A stretch of DNA of 64,000 bases from the human T2T-CHM13v2.0 reference genome, Homo sapiens (GCF_009914755.1 NC_060928.1); one strand, 5' to 3'; positions 1 through 14,131 are shown, counted from the first letter of the stretch. A program made the numbers and translations. The notes: generated by a model not told the origin, from the letters alone.

Positions 1-19
1 CAACAAGCAACCCAAGCTT

Positions 20-530
20 CGAAATATCCAAACTGAGCTCCAAGTCTTTACTCATCAAACTTGGACTACTGAAATTTTCTCTCATATCAGTTATTGCCAA
101 GCTCCTCCTTTCAATTTTCCAACTCTAGAATACTGGAATTATTCCTGACTTTATCTTTCTCTTACACTATTTGATCCATCAGAAAATTCTTTGGCTTTTA
201 CCACTTCCCCTTATCTCCATTGCTATCATTCTGATTCAAATTAATGTCATCTTTAGACCCTATTTTTATGTTTGTTTTTCCTCTTTCCTTCCGTAGTTCA
301 TTCAATACAGCTAAACAGAGTTCTCCTTTGGTGTTATAACCATATCTACTGCTCAAAACCATTCAAGTTACAAATTGCACCATATTGCTTGTCTCTGATA
401 TTAAATATCTTACTCCTCAGAATTTATTTCTTTCTACATTTCTTTTGTTGCTTTGCTCTAAGTAGTTTCACGTTCCTCATTTATACCAAAAATATCTCCA
501 TCAAGCAAATTTTGCATTTGCTTTTCTCTC
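20..530 (+). mobile_element. Highly degraded LINE-2 fragment
   Basis: Pyrimidine-rich L2-like motifs (ccaaactgagctcc..., ctggaattattcctgact...ctttctctt). The L2 3' end appears to resume at ~1220-1375 (gactaaatgaataaatg). Confidence 0.45.
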
Positions 531-531
531 T

Positions 532-901
532 TATCTTATTCAGTCCAGGCTGTCATAACCAAATACCAAAGACTGAGTGGCTTAAACAACATTTATTTCT
601 CATTGCTCAGGAGGTTAGGAAGTCCAAGATCAAACCTTAGGCAGATCCAGTTTCTAATCAGGGCTCTCTTTCTGGTTTGCAAAAGATGGTCTTCTGCTTG
701 TATCCTCATCTGACAAAGAGAGCAAGCTCTAGTTTCTTTCTCTTTTCATAAGGGCACTAATCCCATCATGAGGACTCTACCCTCATCACTTCATGTAAAC
801 CCAACAACTTCCCAAACATCCTACTTCCAAATACCATACTATTGGGGGTTAGCGGTTCCTCAGGTGAATTTCGGGGGAACACACATATACCATCCAATAC
901 A
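532..901 (-). mobile_element. MaLR LTR, MLT1A/MLT1A0-like
   Basis: Antisense MLT1A motifs: ggctgtcataaccaaatacc..., ggcttaaacaacatttatttctca, aagtccaagatc, aagggcactaatcccatcatgagg, gaatttcgggggaacac. Confidence 0.85.
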
Positions 902-1216
902 TGCCACACCCTAGTCCCCCAAAACTCATTCCTTGCTCATATGAAAAATACATTCGTTCCATCTCAACAGCCCACAAAGTGACTTTGGACTAAAATCCAA
1001 AGTCACATCTAAATGTCATCTCAAATAGATATGGGTGAGACTCTAGGTACAATTATCTTGAGGCAGAATTTCTTTTCAGCTGTGATCCTGTGAAATCAAA
1101 CACGTTATATACTTCCAAAAGAAAGTGGTGGGACAAACATAGGATAGACGTTTTTATTTCAAAAGGGGAAATAGTAAAGAAGAAAGGATTTATGGGTCCC
1201 AAGCAATTTCAAAATC
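902..1216 (-). mobile_element. MLT1A-type internal sequence (3' end) abutting the LTR
   Basis: ccccaaaactcat...ttccatctcaacagccc...aaatccaaagtc...atatgggtgagactct...cagctgtga match the antisense MaLR-int 3' end. Confidence 0.75.
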
Positions 1217-2619
1217 TGCATTTCCTAACCCCTGCTCTGCTTTATTCATCAGGTTCATCTCATTAGAATGTGAGGTTCAAGAGAACAGATTTTTCCCTCC
1301 ATCCCTATTTACTCAAGAAACTTTGTATATAGAAGATGATGCATATTGAATATACCATTGACTAAATGAATAAATGTATACTAAAAATTAAATATTTTGA
1401 CTTTTCAAATAATTTAGTAAAGATAAATAATTTCAGGATTTAAGAAAATTATATCATCAATATGACTATAGCAATAAGAAGTAAGAAGATTAAACTCAAA
1501 CGACAATTGTTTTGATCCATCAGATCATACAATGTTTTAAGACTACATAGAAGAAAGTATTTGAAGAAAAATGGTTTAAAATGTCAGTTTATCAAAAGAT
1601 AGATTATCTTGATTTTGGGATTTAAGATTGGTAATCTTAATTGATTAAAGTTTATCTGTCTCAGAGTCATCACCAATAATTGACTGTTGAGCTAGGCATG
1701 GGACACTCTGACTCATGTCCCCTCTTAATTGAATTTGAAACAAAAACAGAATAACTTGGGTAATCTTTAACCACTTATGTGAGAATAAACTAAAATACTA
1801 AAAGAAATTCATTTAGGCTAAAAGGACAACTGAATAAAATACTTCTACAGGTTTGCAGGTGGTAACCATGCATAGTTTCCTTCTGTAAGTTAGTGATGTG
1901 ATCAGTCTGAGAGACTATATATATATATGCCCTTATATATTCTACTAATATATGCCATATATATATCCTAAATATATTCTACTGTTGCATAAAGGGAGGG
2001 AGTTTTAAAAATCATTCTATTACCAGTGTGAAGAAAAAATTGGTAAAGAATTCCCCAGATGTCCTCAATCTTGTTAGGAGTGGTAAAGGGTAAAACTGCA
2101 TGTTAACAGTAGACTCACCTTTTGTTCAACAAGGGTCAAGAGTTAACCGTTGCCCTAGATCTAAAGATTATGCTTTCTTAAGCCTTCTGTCTCCTTCTTC
2201 AGGGATAAAGAGGAAGCCTGAGACTTAGAGTAAAACTCTTATCTTCAGAAGTCTCAACCCATCAAAAATTTACAAAGCAAAGCCCATAAACCAGTTTTAC
2301 ATAGGCTTATTTCTCTCTTGACATGTGTCAAGGTGAACTCACACTCCTGGTATAAAACACACCTCCTCTAGGGTTTATTTCTGCCAACAGAAGCCAGAGG
2401 GGCTCTCATTATGGAACTAAATTAGAGCTTCTCCACACTCCTTGGCTCCACTGACACCTTGACTTTTACACCCACTATCTATCTTGAATCTATTACAACT
2501 ATTTTCATTCTACCTTTTCTGTTTTTGTTACTTACCTCAAGAAAGCCTCGAACTACCAGGTCATCCCTTATTACTGTATTCTACATCTCATGAAGCTCCA
2601 CACAGTCACAAATTATCAC

Positions 2620-2750
2620 CTCCTACCTTTTCCATTCTACTGTTGATGGATACTGGGCCATTTTCAGGTTCTGGTTATTACTGATAATGTTAGAAACATT
2701 GCTGTACATTTATCTTTGTGCACATGTGCAGACATTTCTGTGACATATAC
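2620..2750 (-). mobile_element. Old L1M (L1ME-like) fragment
   Basis: tccattctactgttgatggatactggg...ttcaggtt...tttgtgcacatgtgcagacatttct, typical antisense L1M 3' region. Confidence 0.6.
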
Positions 2751-2752
2751 GT

Positions 2753-2840
2753 AAGGTTTCCACATAAAACACAGATATCCAGTTAAATATCTAAATTTCA
2801 GATAAACTTGTACTAAAGATAACTTGTTAGTATAAGTATC
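2753..2840. mobile_element. MER53 (hAT-like MITE), one arm only
   Basis: aaggtttcc...ataaaacacagatatccagttaaat...aatttcagataaac...ttagtataagtat resembles the first half of the palindromic MER53 consensus. Confidence 0.7.
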
Positions 2841-2849
2841 ATTAAGTAT

Positions 2850-4380
2850 TCACTCCTTCCAACTCTCACTTGGCACTGTGGAACTCACAGTCCATCAACA
2901 AGAAAATTGCTTGCCTCCTCAGCTTCACTGAATTGTCTCTTCACGTTCTCATTCTGACAAAAACCTGTGTTTGTCTGAAAACACTGGATTACCAGCAGAC
3001 CTCTCATGTATTATTATTTCTTTTTCTCCCAGAGTCCTCACGCCTCTGGGACTGGGGGTTGGTAGGAATCTTTCTTTTTCTTTATTGCTAATTTTCAACC
3101 ATTCTTCCTCTTTCATTCTTTAAACCTCTCAGTTTTGAAACATGCTATCATATTGTATGATCCAGAACTACTGATTACTGTTCCATCAACTTTTTGTATA
3201 CTCCTTGAATTTCTCTGTGAATTTAATTCTTGTTACTTATTATTTTCTCCAACAGTGAACCTATTTTAATGTTTAGAGATTTTAATTAATAATATATTGA
3301 TGATCCCTTCAACATCCTGGCTCCTCATGTCCTTGAAATGCTCTCTTCTGAGAATCTTAGCAAACCATTCCTATGATCATGCTCTAGATCTGGTTATCAA
3401 TAATAATTGAAGTGCTCTTGGTTTTCATCATGTCTCATGGATTATTACAACTCACATTCTTTTTCTGGTTCCTTCTGGTCTCTCCTCTTCTTCCAGACGT
3501 GAATATTATGACCCTCACTCTTGCAGTCTTCCTCTTTGTCATTTATAGCAATTCCTTTCTTCCAATTACTAAGGCAAAAACTTATCTTTAATTTTGTTTT
3601 CTTTCACAACTTACATCTATTTCAGCAAGAAATCTTCCTATCTCTACCATCAAAGTAGGTTCAGAATCTGACCACTTCTCACCATCTCAGCTGCTGTGGT
3701 CCTGGTTCAAGCAGCCATCCTCTATCACTTACATTGCAAGAATAGTTTATCAATAGGTTATCCTAACTCCACCTTTGTGCTTTCAAAGTCTAACCTCTAA
3801 ATTCCAGCTGATAAATACTTTTAAAATGTATTTTAGGTGAAGTTGTTTTGCTGCTTAAAATTCTTAAACGGTTGTCGTTTAATTAAGCCTATAATCGCAA
3901 TCCTTACAATGTCTTCCAATTCCTTAGACTCTCTAGACTCCTGTAACCTCCCTGACTTTATTTACACTCTGTCTTCACTCACTTTCCTCTTGGCACACTG
4001 ACCTCTTTGCCAGTCCATGAACCACCGGGCTTATGTCCCCACCTTAAGCTTTTGCAATGGATTTTCCCTCTGCCTGGTGTACTCCTTCCCTAGTTATATG
4101 CAGACCTATTTCCTTATATTCTTTAAGTCTGTTCTCAATGGTTATACTCTCAGTGACTTATCAACCTATCTAAATTGCACAAATCTCCTCTTTTATGCCT
4201 GCAAATCCTCCACACCCTGCTCTATTTATTTTTAAATTATATATATCACCATTTAATATAGGCTGTTTGTGGTTTATTCACTGTTTCCCTCTTTGGAATG
4301 TATGCTTGACAGAGATAAGGTTGGATATCTGGCACCTAGTCGATACTCAACACATATTTGCTGCATTAATCGAGTAAACC
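2850..4380 (+). mobile_element. LINE-2 (L2a-like) fragments including the 3' end
   Basis: cagaatctgaccacttctcaccatctc...ctggttcaagcagccatc; terminal ctggcacctagtcgatactcaacacatatttgctgcattaat. Confidence 0.7.
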
Positions 4381-4713
4381 AATGTTTTTTAAAGTGGTAC
4401 AATTTTGTAAGTATTTGCTTTTCTTTAGGCAATATGAATCTTGTCTATAGCTATTCAACATCATTTTCTTATGATAAATAAACTTTATAATTCACTCACC
4501 TTCACTGACATGTAGAGACAGCTAGGTTAAGAGTATTATTCATAAACCCAGGTTCTGAAACAAATTGAGTGCACAAATAATGCTAGTATATATATATATA
4601 TTTTTTTTCAGGGGGGTTCCTTAACAACATTTCCTTGTTCTTCCTTATGCCATCTTCTCCTAGCTAATTTCTACTTCAAATTTAATGTTTTCTTATAAGA
4701 AAAGATGTCCTTT

Positions 4714-4934
4714 AATAATAAAGTAATTTTATTGTAAACTACTATACATTACCTCACTTAAATCATAATTTCTACAATTGTAATTAGATAATTGCTTCAC
4801 ACCAAGTTTACCTTTTCCCAATAAAATAATAAGTAATTTTATTATAAACTAGTATACATAAACTCACTTAAATAATACTTTCTACAATTGTACTTAGGTA
4901 ATTGCTTCAATCCATATTTATCTTTTCCCAATAA
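4714..4934 (+). repeat. Two-copy tandem duplication, period 110 bp
   Basis: 4721-4824 vs 4831-4934 align without gaps, with 13 mismatches in 104 nt. Confidence 0.95.
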
Positions 4935-7104
4935 TGAGTTTCATTAATATAAGAATTGGTCACATTACATTTCTCTAGTATCTATTTATAATTTGTATAG
5001 CAATCCCCAATAACTATTGAAATATTCCAAAAATAATGGTAATTTTGTGTTGAATAAATTATATACAAGGAAATCAATGGCTTTATAAACCCAACTATAT
5101 TTTCTGACAATCAATTCATATTATTTTTTGCTAATGAGTATTACAAAACATTCTCATTAAGAATGATTGTCAACAATAATATTAGGTATCATTAAAACAC
5201 TTGAATTTGCATTTGGCAAAATTTACAATATAATTAATATATTTATGTACATTTGTACAAGAATGAACATTACATTTCTTAAATGTTCAATGAATAGCAT
5301 ATTGCAAGTTCTTAAATGATTGATTTTATTTAACAGGATCATTAAAATTATCTATCCTAATTTTGCTTAGGAAGTATCAAGGATGAGATCTGTTTAAATA
5401 CTGAAGCTGAGTGGCCTAGAGAATCCCTATAACTTTCAAAGTTCACTTCAATCACATTTACTCATTTAATTTCAAAAAGTAACATTTTTGTTTGTTGTAA
5501 TGTCATTTTAAAGTTCTTAGTTTTTGCTATATGGTATATCATTTTAAGCATAAATTATCTAATGAATAACACTGTCATCCAAAATAAGTTATCTTATTAG
5601 ATTATACACTAGAAAAATATGCCCTGGGAATTCCCAAAGCATTTGGAGCATAGTAAAAATTTTTAAAATGAATTAGACTTTATGAACTAGTTTAGCTCCT
5701 GAAAAAAAGATACTAAAAATATATGTCTTTATAGCCTTAGGCAGGAATGAAACTATATATCAAAACCACACTGTTACTGCAATTGATATATTTAATCATT
5801 GACTATGGAATATGGCACTCCTCTATACAGGAATACTTATTTTTATCAATCAATAATATTAAATGAAAATGACTTTTCATCAATCTCACCAAGAGCAGTC
5901 ATGCTTTTCTAGTTTGAAACCTGCTATAAAAATATGTCTTTGGCTATCAAATCTCTATGGCAAACAGAGCTGAAAATGCTAGCTCGAATTAGTTTGTGAG
6001 AGAGTAAATAGCTCTATTTGGTCTTGACCAAGTTTTAAAAGATGTTCTTAGGTTACAAAATTGGATAAAAGCTAAATGCTACATTTAAGAATCTTCTTAA
6101 AATTTATGGTGAAGTAAACAGTTGTATAAATTTCAACCAACGTTTCATCAGAAGTGAGTTTCAAGTGGTAATTTGTAAATATTAATTACTCATTAAATAT
6201 AATTCCAAAGTAAATGAAAAGAGAATCTTTAAAATATAGCATAAGAATGTATTCTCTGTAAATAAATAAAAATGCAAAATTTTAACCCAGATTTATTTTT
6301 ATGGAATATTATTTTAACAACATTTTAAGTTATTTTATTATATTACTATATGATAAAGTCTTTTATTATTTTTATAAAGAAGTGTTGAAAACATAAAACA
6401 TCATAGCGTAAGTAATACATTTTGTAATCTGACATAACCAAACAATTTAATGATTTTGGAACATCCTGCTTAAAAAAATTTGATTTTCTGGTGTGCTTTG
6501 ACCAAAGTGCATGATATATAATAAAAATATAAAATTAGAGTGCCTGTCATTCAGAACCCAGACTTGCATAAGATATATTGGTTTCATGTTAAAAATTGCA
6601 ATTTTTATGTTTACTATCACTTTCATTTGATTTTTAAGCTGCCATGTTAGTTTATATTGTGAAGAAAATATAATTAATATTGATCTATTTTTTAATTTGG
6701 TTTCAAAAATACAGTAGAAAGTTTTAATGCTAAGAAGTACAAAGGTAGACAAATAAATGATCTATTGAAATATGAATGAGGTCTAGAGACTGAGTGTTTC
6801 TTGTATATATAAGAAGATGTTACACAATAACTTTTGATATTGCATATTCATATAAAAGTATGAGGAAATTATGTGGTCCAATTTCTGAACAGAATACTAA
6901 CATAAGCCATAAAAAAACCCCCAATAATGGTCTTAGGTCATGCCAGCAAGATACACAGCAGCAAAAATGGACCAGTGATCACGTTGCTAACATCCAGAAT
7001 TTACATGTACTATTTAGTTTTAATTTTATGTAAGAAATATAATATATACTAATTATAAATAACATGAATTATTAAAGCACTATGAAGAAATTCTTCTGTC
7101 ATCC

Positions 7105-7468
7105 ACTTAGTCATACTGACCTCCTGGCTATTCTTCAAATATATTAAACAGGCTACCAGCACAGGCTATGGTTCCTATTGTTCCTTATACTCTTAATACT
7201 TTCTACCAAGAAGGAGTTCCTTGATTCACTCCCACGCAACATGACCCTGTCCCTATCCCAATACCTTGCTTTTCGCGTCTTTTACAGCTCCTTTCATTAT
7301 TTGGTATATCATATATTTATCTTTTTTTTTCTATATGTAGCCCCTAACTGCAATTTAATCTCCATAAGAACAAATACTTTCGCCACTTAGTTTACTACTG
7401 AATCCTTCATGTCTTTACTAATTCTGGGCAAGTAGTAGATACTCTGCAAATATTTGTAGAATGAATAA
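7105..7468 (+). mobile_element. LINE-2 3' end
   Basis: catactgacctcctggctattcttcaaat... ending gtagatactctgcaaatatttgtagaatgaataaa. Confidence 0.75.
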
Positions 7469-7599
7469 ACATCTCTAATCTACCCCTCTCTCCAAAAGTT
7501 GAAATTTAAATATGCGCGTTGCAACTCATGGTCTGGGCAACATATATTGTGACGATGAAAGAATCTTTGACACAGCAAGAGCAGGAAACTGCAAGAGGA

Positions 7600-7910
7600 G
7601 GAAACCATTTCTAGAACTAGAGATAGCATGCAAGGCCTGGAGGAAGCAACTTGAAAAGAGACGTGACTCTAGTTTGGAGATGTCAGTCCTTGGCAACTCC
7701 AGAAGAAGGGAGCCTGAAAAATAAGACCTTGACCTAACTGCCTACCCTACCTCCAATCTCTTGCTGGGGCTCACAATGGCAGAAGTAATAAAATTCCAAA
7801 GAACAAGGGAGCCCATTGAGACCGATCATTTAGGTCAGCCTCCCATATAGGTCTGGGCAAACACAGAGATGAAAATAGACTTGGAGGGAGAAACAAAAAC
7901 AAATTAGCAC
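7600..7910 (-). mobile_element. ERVL LTR, LTR33-like
   Basis: ctccaatctcttgctgggg...aagggagcccattga...aggtcagcctccc...ttggagggagaaac...agcaca resembles the reverse complement of the LTR33 5' portion. Confidence 0.6.
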
Positions 7911-8059
7911 AATAACATTTTCAAACACTTTTACAGTTATTTCTGATTCACAAAGCACTCTATGTGGCCAAAATCCCATATATTAAACACTTCTCGGATG
8001 TAAAATGGATGTAATAAAAGTAAATTCCTTATATAGTTTATATAAATATTCAATAAGTT

Positions 8060-8130
8060 AATTCTGTTACAGTGCTTAGTGGGTGCCTGCCATGTAGATA
8101 ATGCTCAATAAAAACCAGCCATTATTATTT
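8060..8130 (+). mobile_element. MIR 3' end
   Basis: agtgcttag...gtgcctgccatgtag...tgctcaataaa...agccattattatt. Confidence 0.6.
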
Positions 8131-8501
8131 TACTTTTATTGCTGGGTTATTGAGTTTCAGTAATTATAAATTATTTTTTTCAGTAATTATATAAAAGTTT
8201 TTTTGCATAAATCTTTGAAAGAGTTTCTATTTTTCAGAATTAATCATTTGCATAGTGGTCTTATAGGGACAAACTATTAAAAAGGCATATTTTATGTTAC
8301 ATATGTTTATATCACTACATTGAAATTTGGTAACGATTTTTATTCTCAGAACAATAATTGAGGAGACTTATCACCACTCACTTATTGAAACAGTATTCAC
8401 AAGATTTACATTTTTGTTAGTTTGACAGATAAAAATCCTATCAGATTATTTTTAATTTAAAGTATCTCACTAGATTTTATATGTTTACTAGACCCATTTA
8501 A

Positions 8502-8857
<356 letters not shown>

Positions 8858-9189
8858 CACTTCTGTTTTTTCAAGGTTAGAAATCTAATTTTTGTGAATG
8901 GTGAAAAGAGTTTTTAAATTCTCTTATTCTTAGAGACTTTAAGGGGAAGGAAGAAAATACTGAAATTTTCAAATTTTTAAAATGTTTCAAATTTCAAATG
9001 TTTACTCAGCAATGAAAAGCTGGAGTCTTCAGCCCATTTCAATGTTGGTTAAATATCAGTTTGCTTTAGTTGGTGAAATATAGAGGAGATCCAGAAAGGT
9101 TTGAGATCTAAATTTTACTTGGAAGAATTTAAATTTAAAGGGAATTTGAAGGGAGAAGATCTACAAAGAGAGGTAGAAGGAAGATATCC

Positions 9190-10170
9190 ATTGTCAGGTA
9201 TGTGATTTTCAAATATACTGGCTCTGTCTGTGATTTGCATATTCATTTTCTTAACAGTGCTTTTTGATGACAAGAATATTTTAAATTTAAAGAAGTCCAA
9301 CTTAGCACACTTTTATTTATGGTTAGTAGTTTTCTGTGATCTCTGTAAGAAATATCAATGAAATATCCTGCTATGTGTTCTTTTAGTCGTTACAATTTTA
9401 ATTTTTTTGTTATTTTGATCTATCATGAATAATTTTTGTATATAGTATGAAACAGGCATTGACCTATTTTTTTCCTACATAGACATTCATTTTTTCCAGT
9501 ACTACTGGTAAAGGTTTTATTTTTCTCATTGATGGCACCAGGACTCTTTTTAAAAATCATCTAACATAAAAGCTTATTCTTTCACAAATTTCACTATTAC
9601 GAACACTGTAACTTTTAGAAAATTTTAAAGTCAAGAGACTCAATCTTTAACAATTTTATTGTTGTTCCATAAAAAAAAAGGTTTTGGTTAGTCTAGGTGT
9701 TCTGTATTTTAATGCATATATATTTTAGAACCAGTTGGCAATTTTGTTTGGAATTTTGTTTGGGCTTGCATTGAATCTATACATCAATGTGGGTAGTTCA
9801 GTTACTTTAACAATACATATTATTTCAAATTATAAATTTGCTGTATCTCTTCATTTATTTAGGTGTTCTTTAATTGCTCTCAGCAGAGAATTTTGTTTTG
9901 CAATAAATATTTTTTCTTAAATTGATCCCTAAATATATTGTGACCGTGGATGCTATTGCTGATGTCAATCTTTAAAAAAATTATATTCCAATTGCCTGTG
10001 TTAATGTGTAGATTTTAATATATTTATTATGTGATATTACTAAATTCATTTATTAAGGTTAGCCTTTTTGCAGTTTTCTTACAATTTTCTGTGCATTTTC
10101 TAGTTATCTGAGACTAAAAGCAGTTTTACTTCTTATTATTGTTACAGTTTTTAAATTTTTTACACAACGT
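9190..10170 (-). mobile_element. Old L1M ORF2 fragments
   Basis: ttgtcaggtatgtgattttcaaatat...attcattttcttaacagtg; gcattgaatctatacatcaat; tctcttcatttatttaggtgttctttaat. Confidence 0.7.
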
Positions 10171-10489
10171 ATTCCATTTGCAAGAGACAGATAAAGTAGT
10201 GTTTAGAGAAAGACAAATTGACTTAAACACACGTTCATTTAAGACAAAGAGTTAGAAAAATGAATCATCAATAGACAGGCAATAGACCATAAGTAAGGCA
10301 AACTTAAAGAGGGTTTATATAATTGATGTCAAAATTTATCAAAGAGCTGTAGGAACCTTGACTGTGTGGAATGGGTGCTCTAACAGAAACACTGCACAAT
10401 GGAGGAAGAAAACATGTTTAGAAGCAGTCCCTCACATGCTCAGTGCTTGACAATTGAAATTGACACTTTAGTATATTTGAGTGAGGATA

Positions 10490-12250
10490 ATCATCACAAT
10501 AGATTTTGCTGGATCAATTGGTTATTATGTAGGAGAAAATGAATATGGATTCATATGACATGTCATATACATATAAATTCCAGATTCACTTTAGGTCTCT
10601 GTGAAAAATAAAATAATAAAGTCATTACAACACAATATGGAAAATAACTTCATGAACACTAACATTATCAGAAGTTTCATTAGCAAAAATGTAATAAATC
10701 ATAATACAATAAGATATTATATACCACGTAAAATATTTAAAAAGTTGTTTATTCAAAGATATCAAAAAGGAGTGAAAAGGTAAGTTATTGATTGAAAAAT
10801 TATTTCCCTCATGTATTTCCCCCAAAATATGAATATAGAGGATATCAATAAACCTTCTAAATTAATGGAATAAAATTTAAAATTTAAAATTTGGCAAGAG
10901 ACTTGAACAGATAATTTACTAAAAAAAAAAAAATCCAAATAGATAAGAAACCCATGAGAAGCTCATCAGTCTTTTAATTATCATTACAATCTACGTAAAA
11001 CCATAATGTGAAATACTGCATACTACTAAAATGGCTAAAATGGAGAAGATAGAAAGCATTTATCGTTAATGAGAAAATAGAATAATCAGAAGTGTTATAC
11101 AATGGTCGATTGCACAAACTTTGAAAAACCATTTGGCAGTACCTACTCAGTTTGATACTCTATGGCTAAAACATATATCCCAATGTATATGCTAACTAAA
11201 ATGCCTATATGTCTTCACAAAGCCATCTGCAAGAAGGCTCTGGGTAGCAGTGTTGTGACAAGCAGGATAGTACTTCCCTACTCTGGCCACACAAGATACA
11301 CATTCTTTATTCTAAAAAGCTGTAATTATCTTATGATAATTATCTTGTGATAAAAGGGCCTTGCAGATATCATCAAGGTTAAAGACTTTAAAGTAAAGAG
11401 ATCATCTTGGATTATCTGGTTGTGCTACTCTAATCACATAAATCCTTAAAAGCAGAGAAATTTCTCCAGCTGAAGGAGAAAAAATGTGGCATAAGTGAAA
11501 GAGCAATTAAAAGCATAACAAGAACTTAACGTGTTCCTGCTGGTCTGAAGCTGGAAGTGACAACCTGACAAAAATGTGGGTTATCTCAAGGAGATGAGAG
11601 AAGCCTCAGGCTTAAAGCCTGCAGGGAAACAGGTACTCAGCCCCGCAAGGAAGGAACTGAATTCTGCCCACAAACTGAATTTGTCTAGAGGCAGCTTCTT
11701 CCCCAGGACCCCCAGATATTGTCCAGCTGGCTGACACCTTGAATTCAGTCTTATGAGACTTGGGACAAAGGAAACAAATAAGCCAATCTGAATTTCTGAC
11801 TTAATAGAACTGTGAGATAACTAATTAGTTTTTTAATCCACTAAATTTGTTAGTTTGTTCTGGAAGTAAAGAAAAATAATATACCTATTCATTACAGCCT
11901 CAAACTAAAAAGAAACAACTAATTTTCCTCTAAAGTAGAATGAATGCAAACATTCCAGCATAAACATATGATGCAATAAAATACAGCAGTGAAAACGAAC
12001 TGAATGTCACTTTATACTATAGCATAACAAATCTCACCCACCAAAAATGTTGAATAAAAGAAGTCAAAGATAGAGAAGTGCATACTGTATGATTTTATTC
12101 AAGTGCCTCTAGATGTTAGGATACTGTGAAATTTTGGGCAGGAATCCTAACTGGAAATATGCATGAGAGAGTTTTTGAGATTTGGGTAATGTTTCTTTTA
12201 CATATTGCTAGTTACAATTTGTGTTCATTTTGAGAACATTTATCAAGCTG
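10490..12250 (+). mobile_element. Old L1M ORF2/3' region, interrupted by an MLT1E LTR
   Basis: taaattccagatt; ttggcaagagacttgaacagataattt; ctttgaaaaaccatttggcagt. L1 sequence resumes at ~11884 (catactgtatgatt). Confidence 0.65.
11254..11883 (+). mobile_element. MaLR LTR, MLT1E-type
   Basis: aaaagggccttgcagatat...ggattatctgg...taatcacat...ccttaaaagcagaga...aaggaactgaattctgcc...tagaactgtgagataa. Confidence 0.8.
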
Positions 12251-12319
12251 CATCTTAATAATTGTTCCCATAAAATATTAGGTGAACATATAGTACTAAA
12301 TATCAACAGTTCTTAGATA

Positions 12320-13500
12320 ACTAAAATGAATAATCCATTGGAAGAGTCAGTCCAATGAATACAACAGAAATTCCAGAAACATATTCATACAAATATGATC
12401 ATGTGATTTATGACAAAGAGGACTCTATCATGCAACAGAGAAATAAATGGTTTTCAATAAATGGTGCTAGTTTAATTGGATATCCATATTAAAAAATGAA
12501 TTTTGAACTCCAACTCACACTATATGAAAAAAATTAATTTCAGATAGATTGTAGATCTAAAAAGGAAAGAAAAACAATTAAGCTTTTTATATAAGAACCT
12601 ATATGGGATAGGCAAAGATTTATTAAATGACATAAAAGTACTAACCATTAAAGAAAAAATATTATAATCTGGACTATATTAAAAATGACAATTTCTTGGA
12701 ATCAGGAAAGATAAATCTTAAAGAGTGAAAATAAAATATTTATAGTGAGAAAAGATCTTTGCAATATATATTAGAGAAAAAATTTATGCAATAATACTCT
12801 TTATTAGTGGGGCATATGTTTGAGGATCCCCGGTGGATGCCTGAAACTGAGTAGTACTGAACCTCACATGTACTATTTTTTTCTATACATACATACTTAT
12901 GATAAAGTTTGACTTAAGCACAGTAAGAGATTAATGACAGTGACTCATTAGTAAAATAGAACAGTTACAATAATATATTGGAAAGTAAAATAAGGTTTAC
13001 TTGAATACAAGCACTATGATACTCTGACAGTCAATCCAACAACCAAGAAGGCTAAGTGATTAATAGAGAGGTAGACAGTAGACAGATTGGTATAGTACAT
13101 GATTTCATCACAATACGCAGAACAGGAGTGCAGTTTACAATTTATTAATTGATTATTTCTGGAATTTTTATCTAATATTTTGGTCTGTGGTTGATTACAG
13201 GTAACACAAACAATTAATCAATTGTTTGTTTACCCCTGCAAAGTAAATAACAATAATTCAAGTAAACCAACAGAAAAAAAATGTGCAAAATATTTCACAG
13301 GCACAGAAAAGAAGATGTTAAAATGACCAAAGCATTAGAAAATTTGCTCAATTTCATTAACTTTCAGGGAAATGCAAATTAAAACCACTATATCAGACCA
13401 TTACACATCAACAAAATGAGTAAAGGTAGAAATGAACAAAACTCCAAATCATACAGGTGTTGAGGCTGAAAAGAAATTTGAACTCACATACACAATGAAA
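12320..13500 (+). mobile_element. Old L1M ORF2 fragment, interrupted by MER44
   Basis: tttatgacaaag...ttcaataaatggtgct...ggataggcaaagattt; resumes with cagggaaatgcaaattaaaaccac. Confidence 0.7.
12790..13206 (-). mobile_element. MER44 (Tigger7-derived TcMar DNA transposon)
   Basis: ccccggtggatgcctgaaac...agtactgaacc...gcacagtaagagattaa...gatttcatcac...ttatttctggaatttt...ggttgattacaggtaac. Confidence 0.85.
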
Positions 13501-13633
13501 ATCTAGAATTCTATCTGCTTTTATATTTATAATCAATTTTCACGTTCCTTGGGTTTTTCATTTATCAGACTTTTGTGTCTAATTTGTACTCATTTTTGTG
13601 ATTATTTTCTTATTTAATAATGAATATACATAA

Positions 13634-13713
13634 CTATATATACTCGGATATATATATATAGTTGGAGATATATATTATATATAGTTGGATATATATGTGT
13701 GTGTGTATATATA

Positions 13714-13744
<31 letters not shown>

Positions 13745-13745
13745 C
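13634..13745. repeat. Compound (TA)n/(TG)n microsatellite with ttgga(ga)tata subrepeats
   Basis: Directly visible in the sequence. Confidence 0.9.
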
Positions 13746-13819
13746 CAGGAAGGTAAGAAGTCTGGCTGTATTTTAAGCTATCTACTGATCACTGTTGAAT
13801 TTAATTGGTAAAAATCAGA

Positions 13820-14131
13820 CAATGGTGAAGCACAGAGGATTTTTAGGGCATAAAACTACTCTATATGATACTATAATGGTGGAAACATGTCATCATTGAA
13901 ACCCATAGAATGCACAACACCAAGAGAGAACTCTATTATGAACTATGAGCTTTGGTTGATGATGTATCAATGTTGGCTCATCAGTTATAACAAATGTACC
14001 ACTCTGGTGTGGCATGTTGTCAATGGGAAATACTAAGCATGTGTTGGGGCAGGAGATATACGGTATATGTTTAAAACTTTTTCTCAATTTTGTTGTGGGC
14101 CCAAAAATGTTCTAAAAAGATCTATAAAAAA
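13820..14131 (+). mobile_element. L1MC-type 3' end
   Basis: agcacagaggatttttagggc...aaacccatagaatgcacaacaccaagag...aacaaatgtaccactctggtg. Confidence 0.85.

Noticed and set aside
272-640. 122-aa ORF
   Set aside because: Non-ATG start, F/L/I-rich composition typical of AT-rich noise, and it runs from L2-like sequence into an MLT1A LTR.
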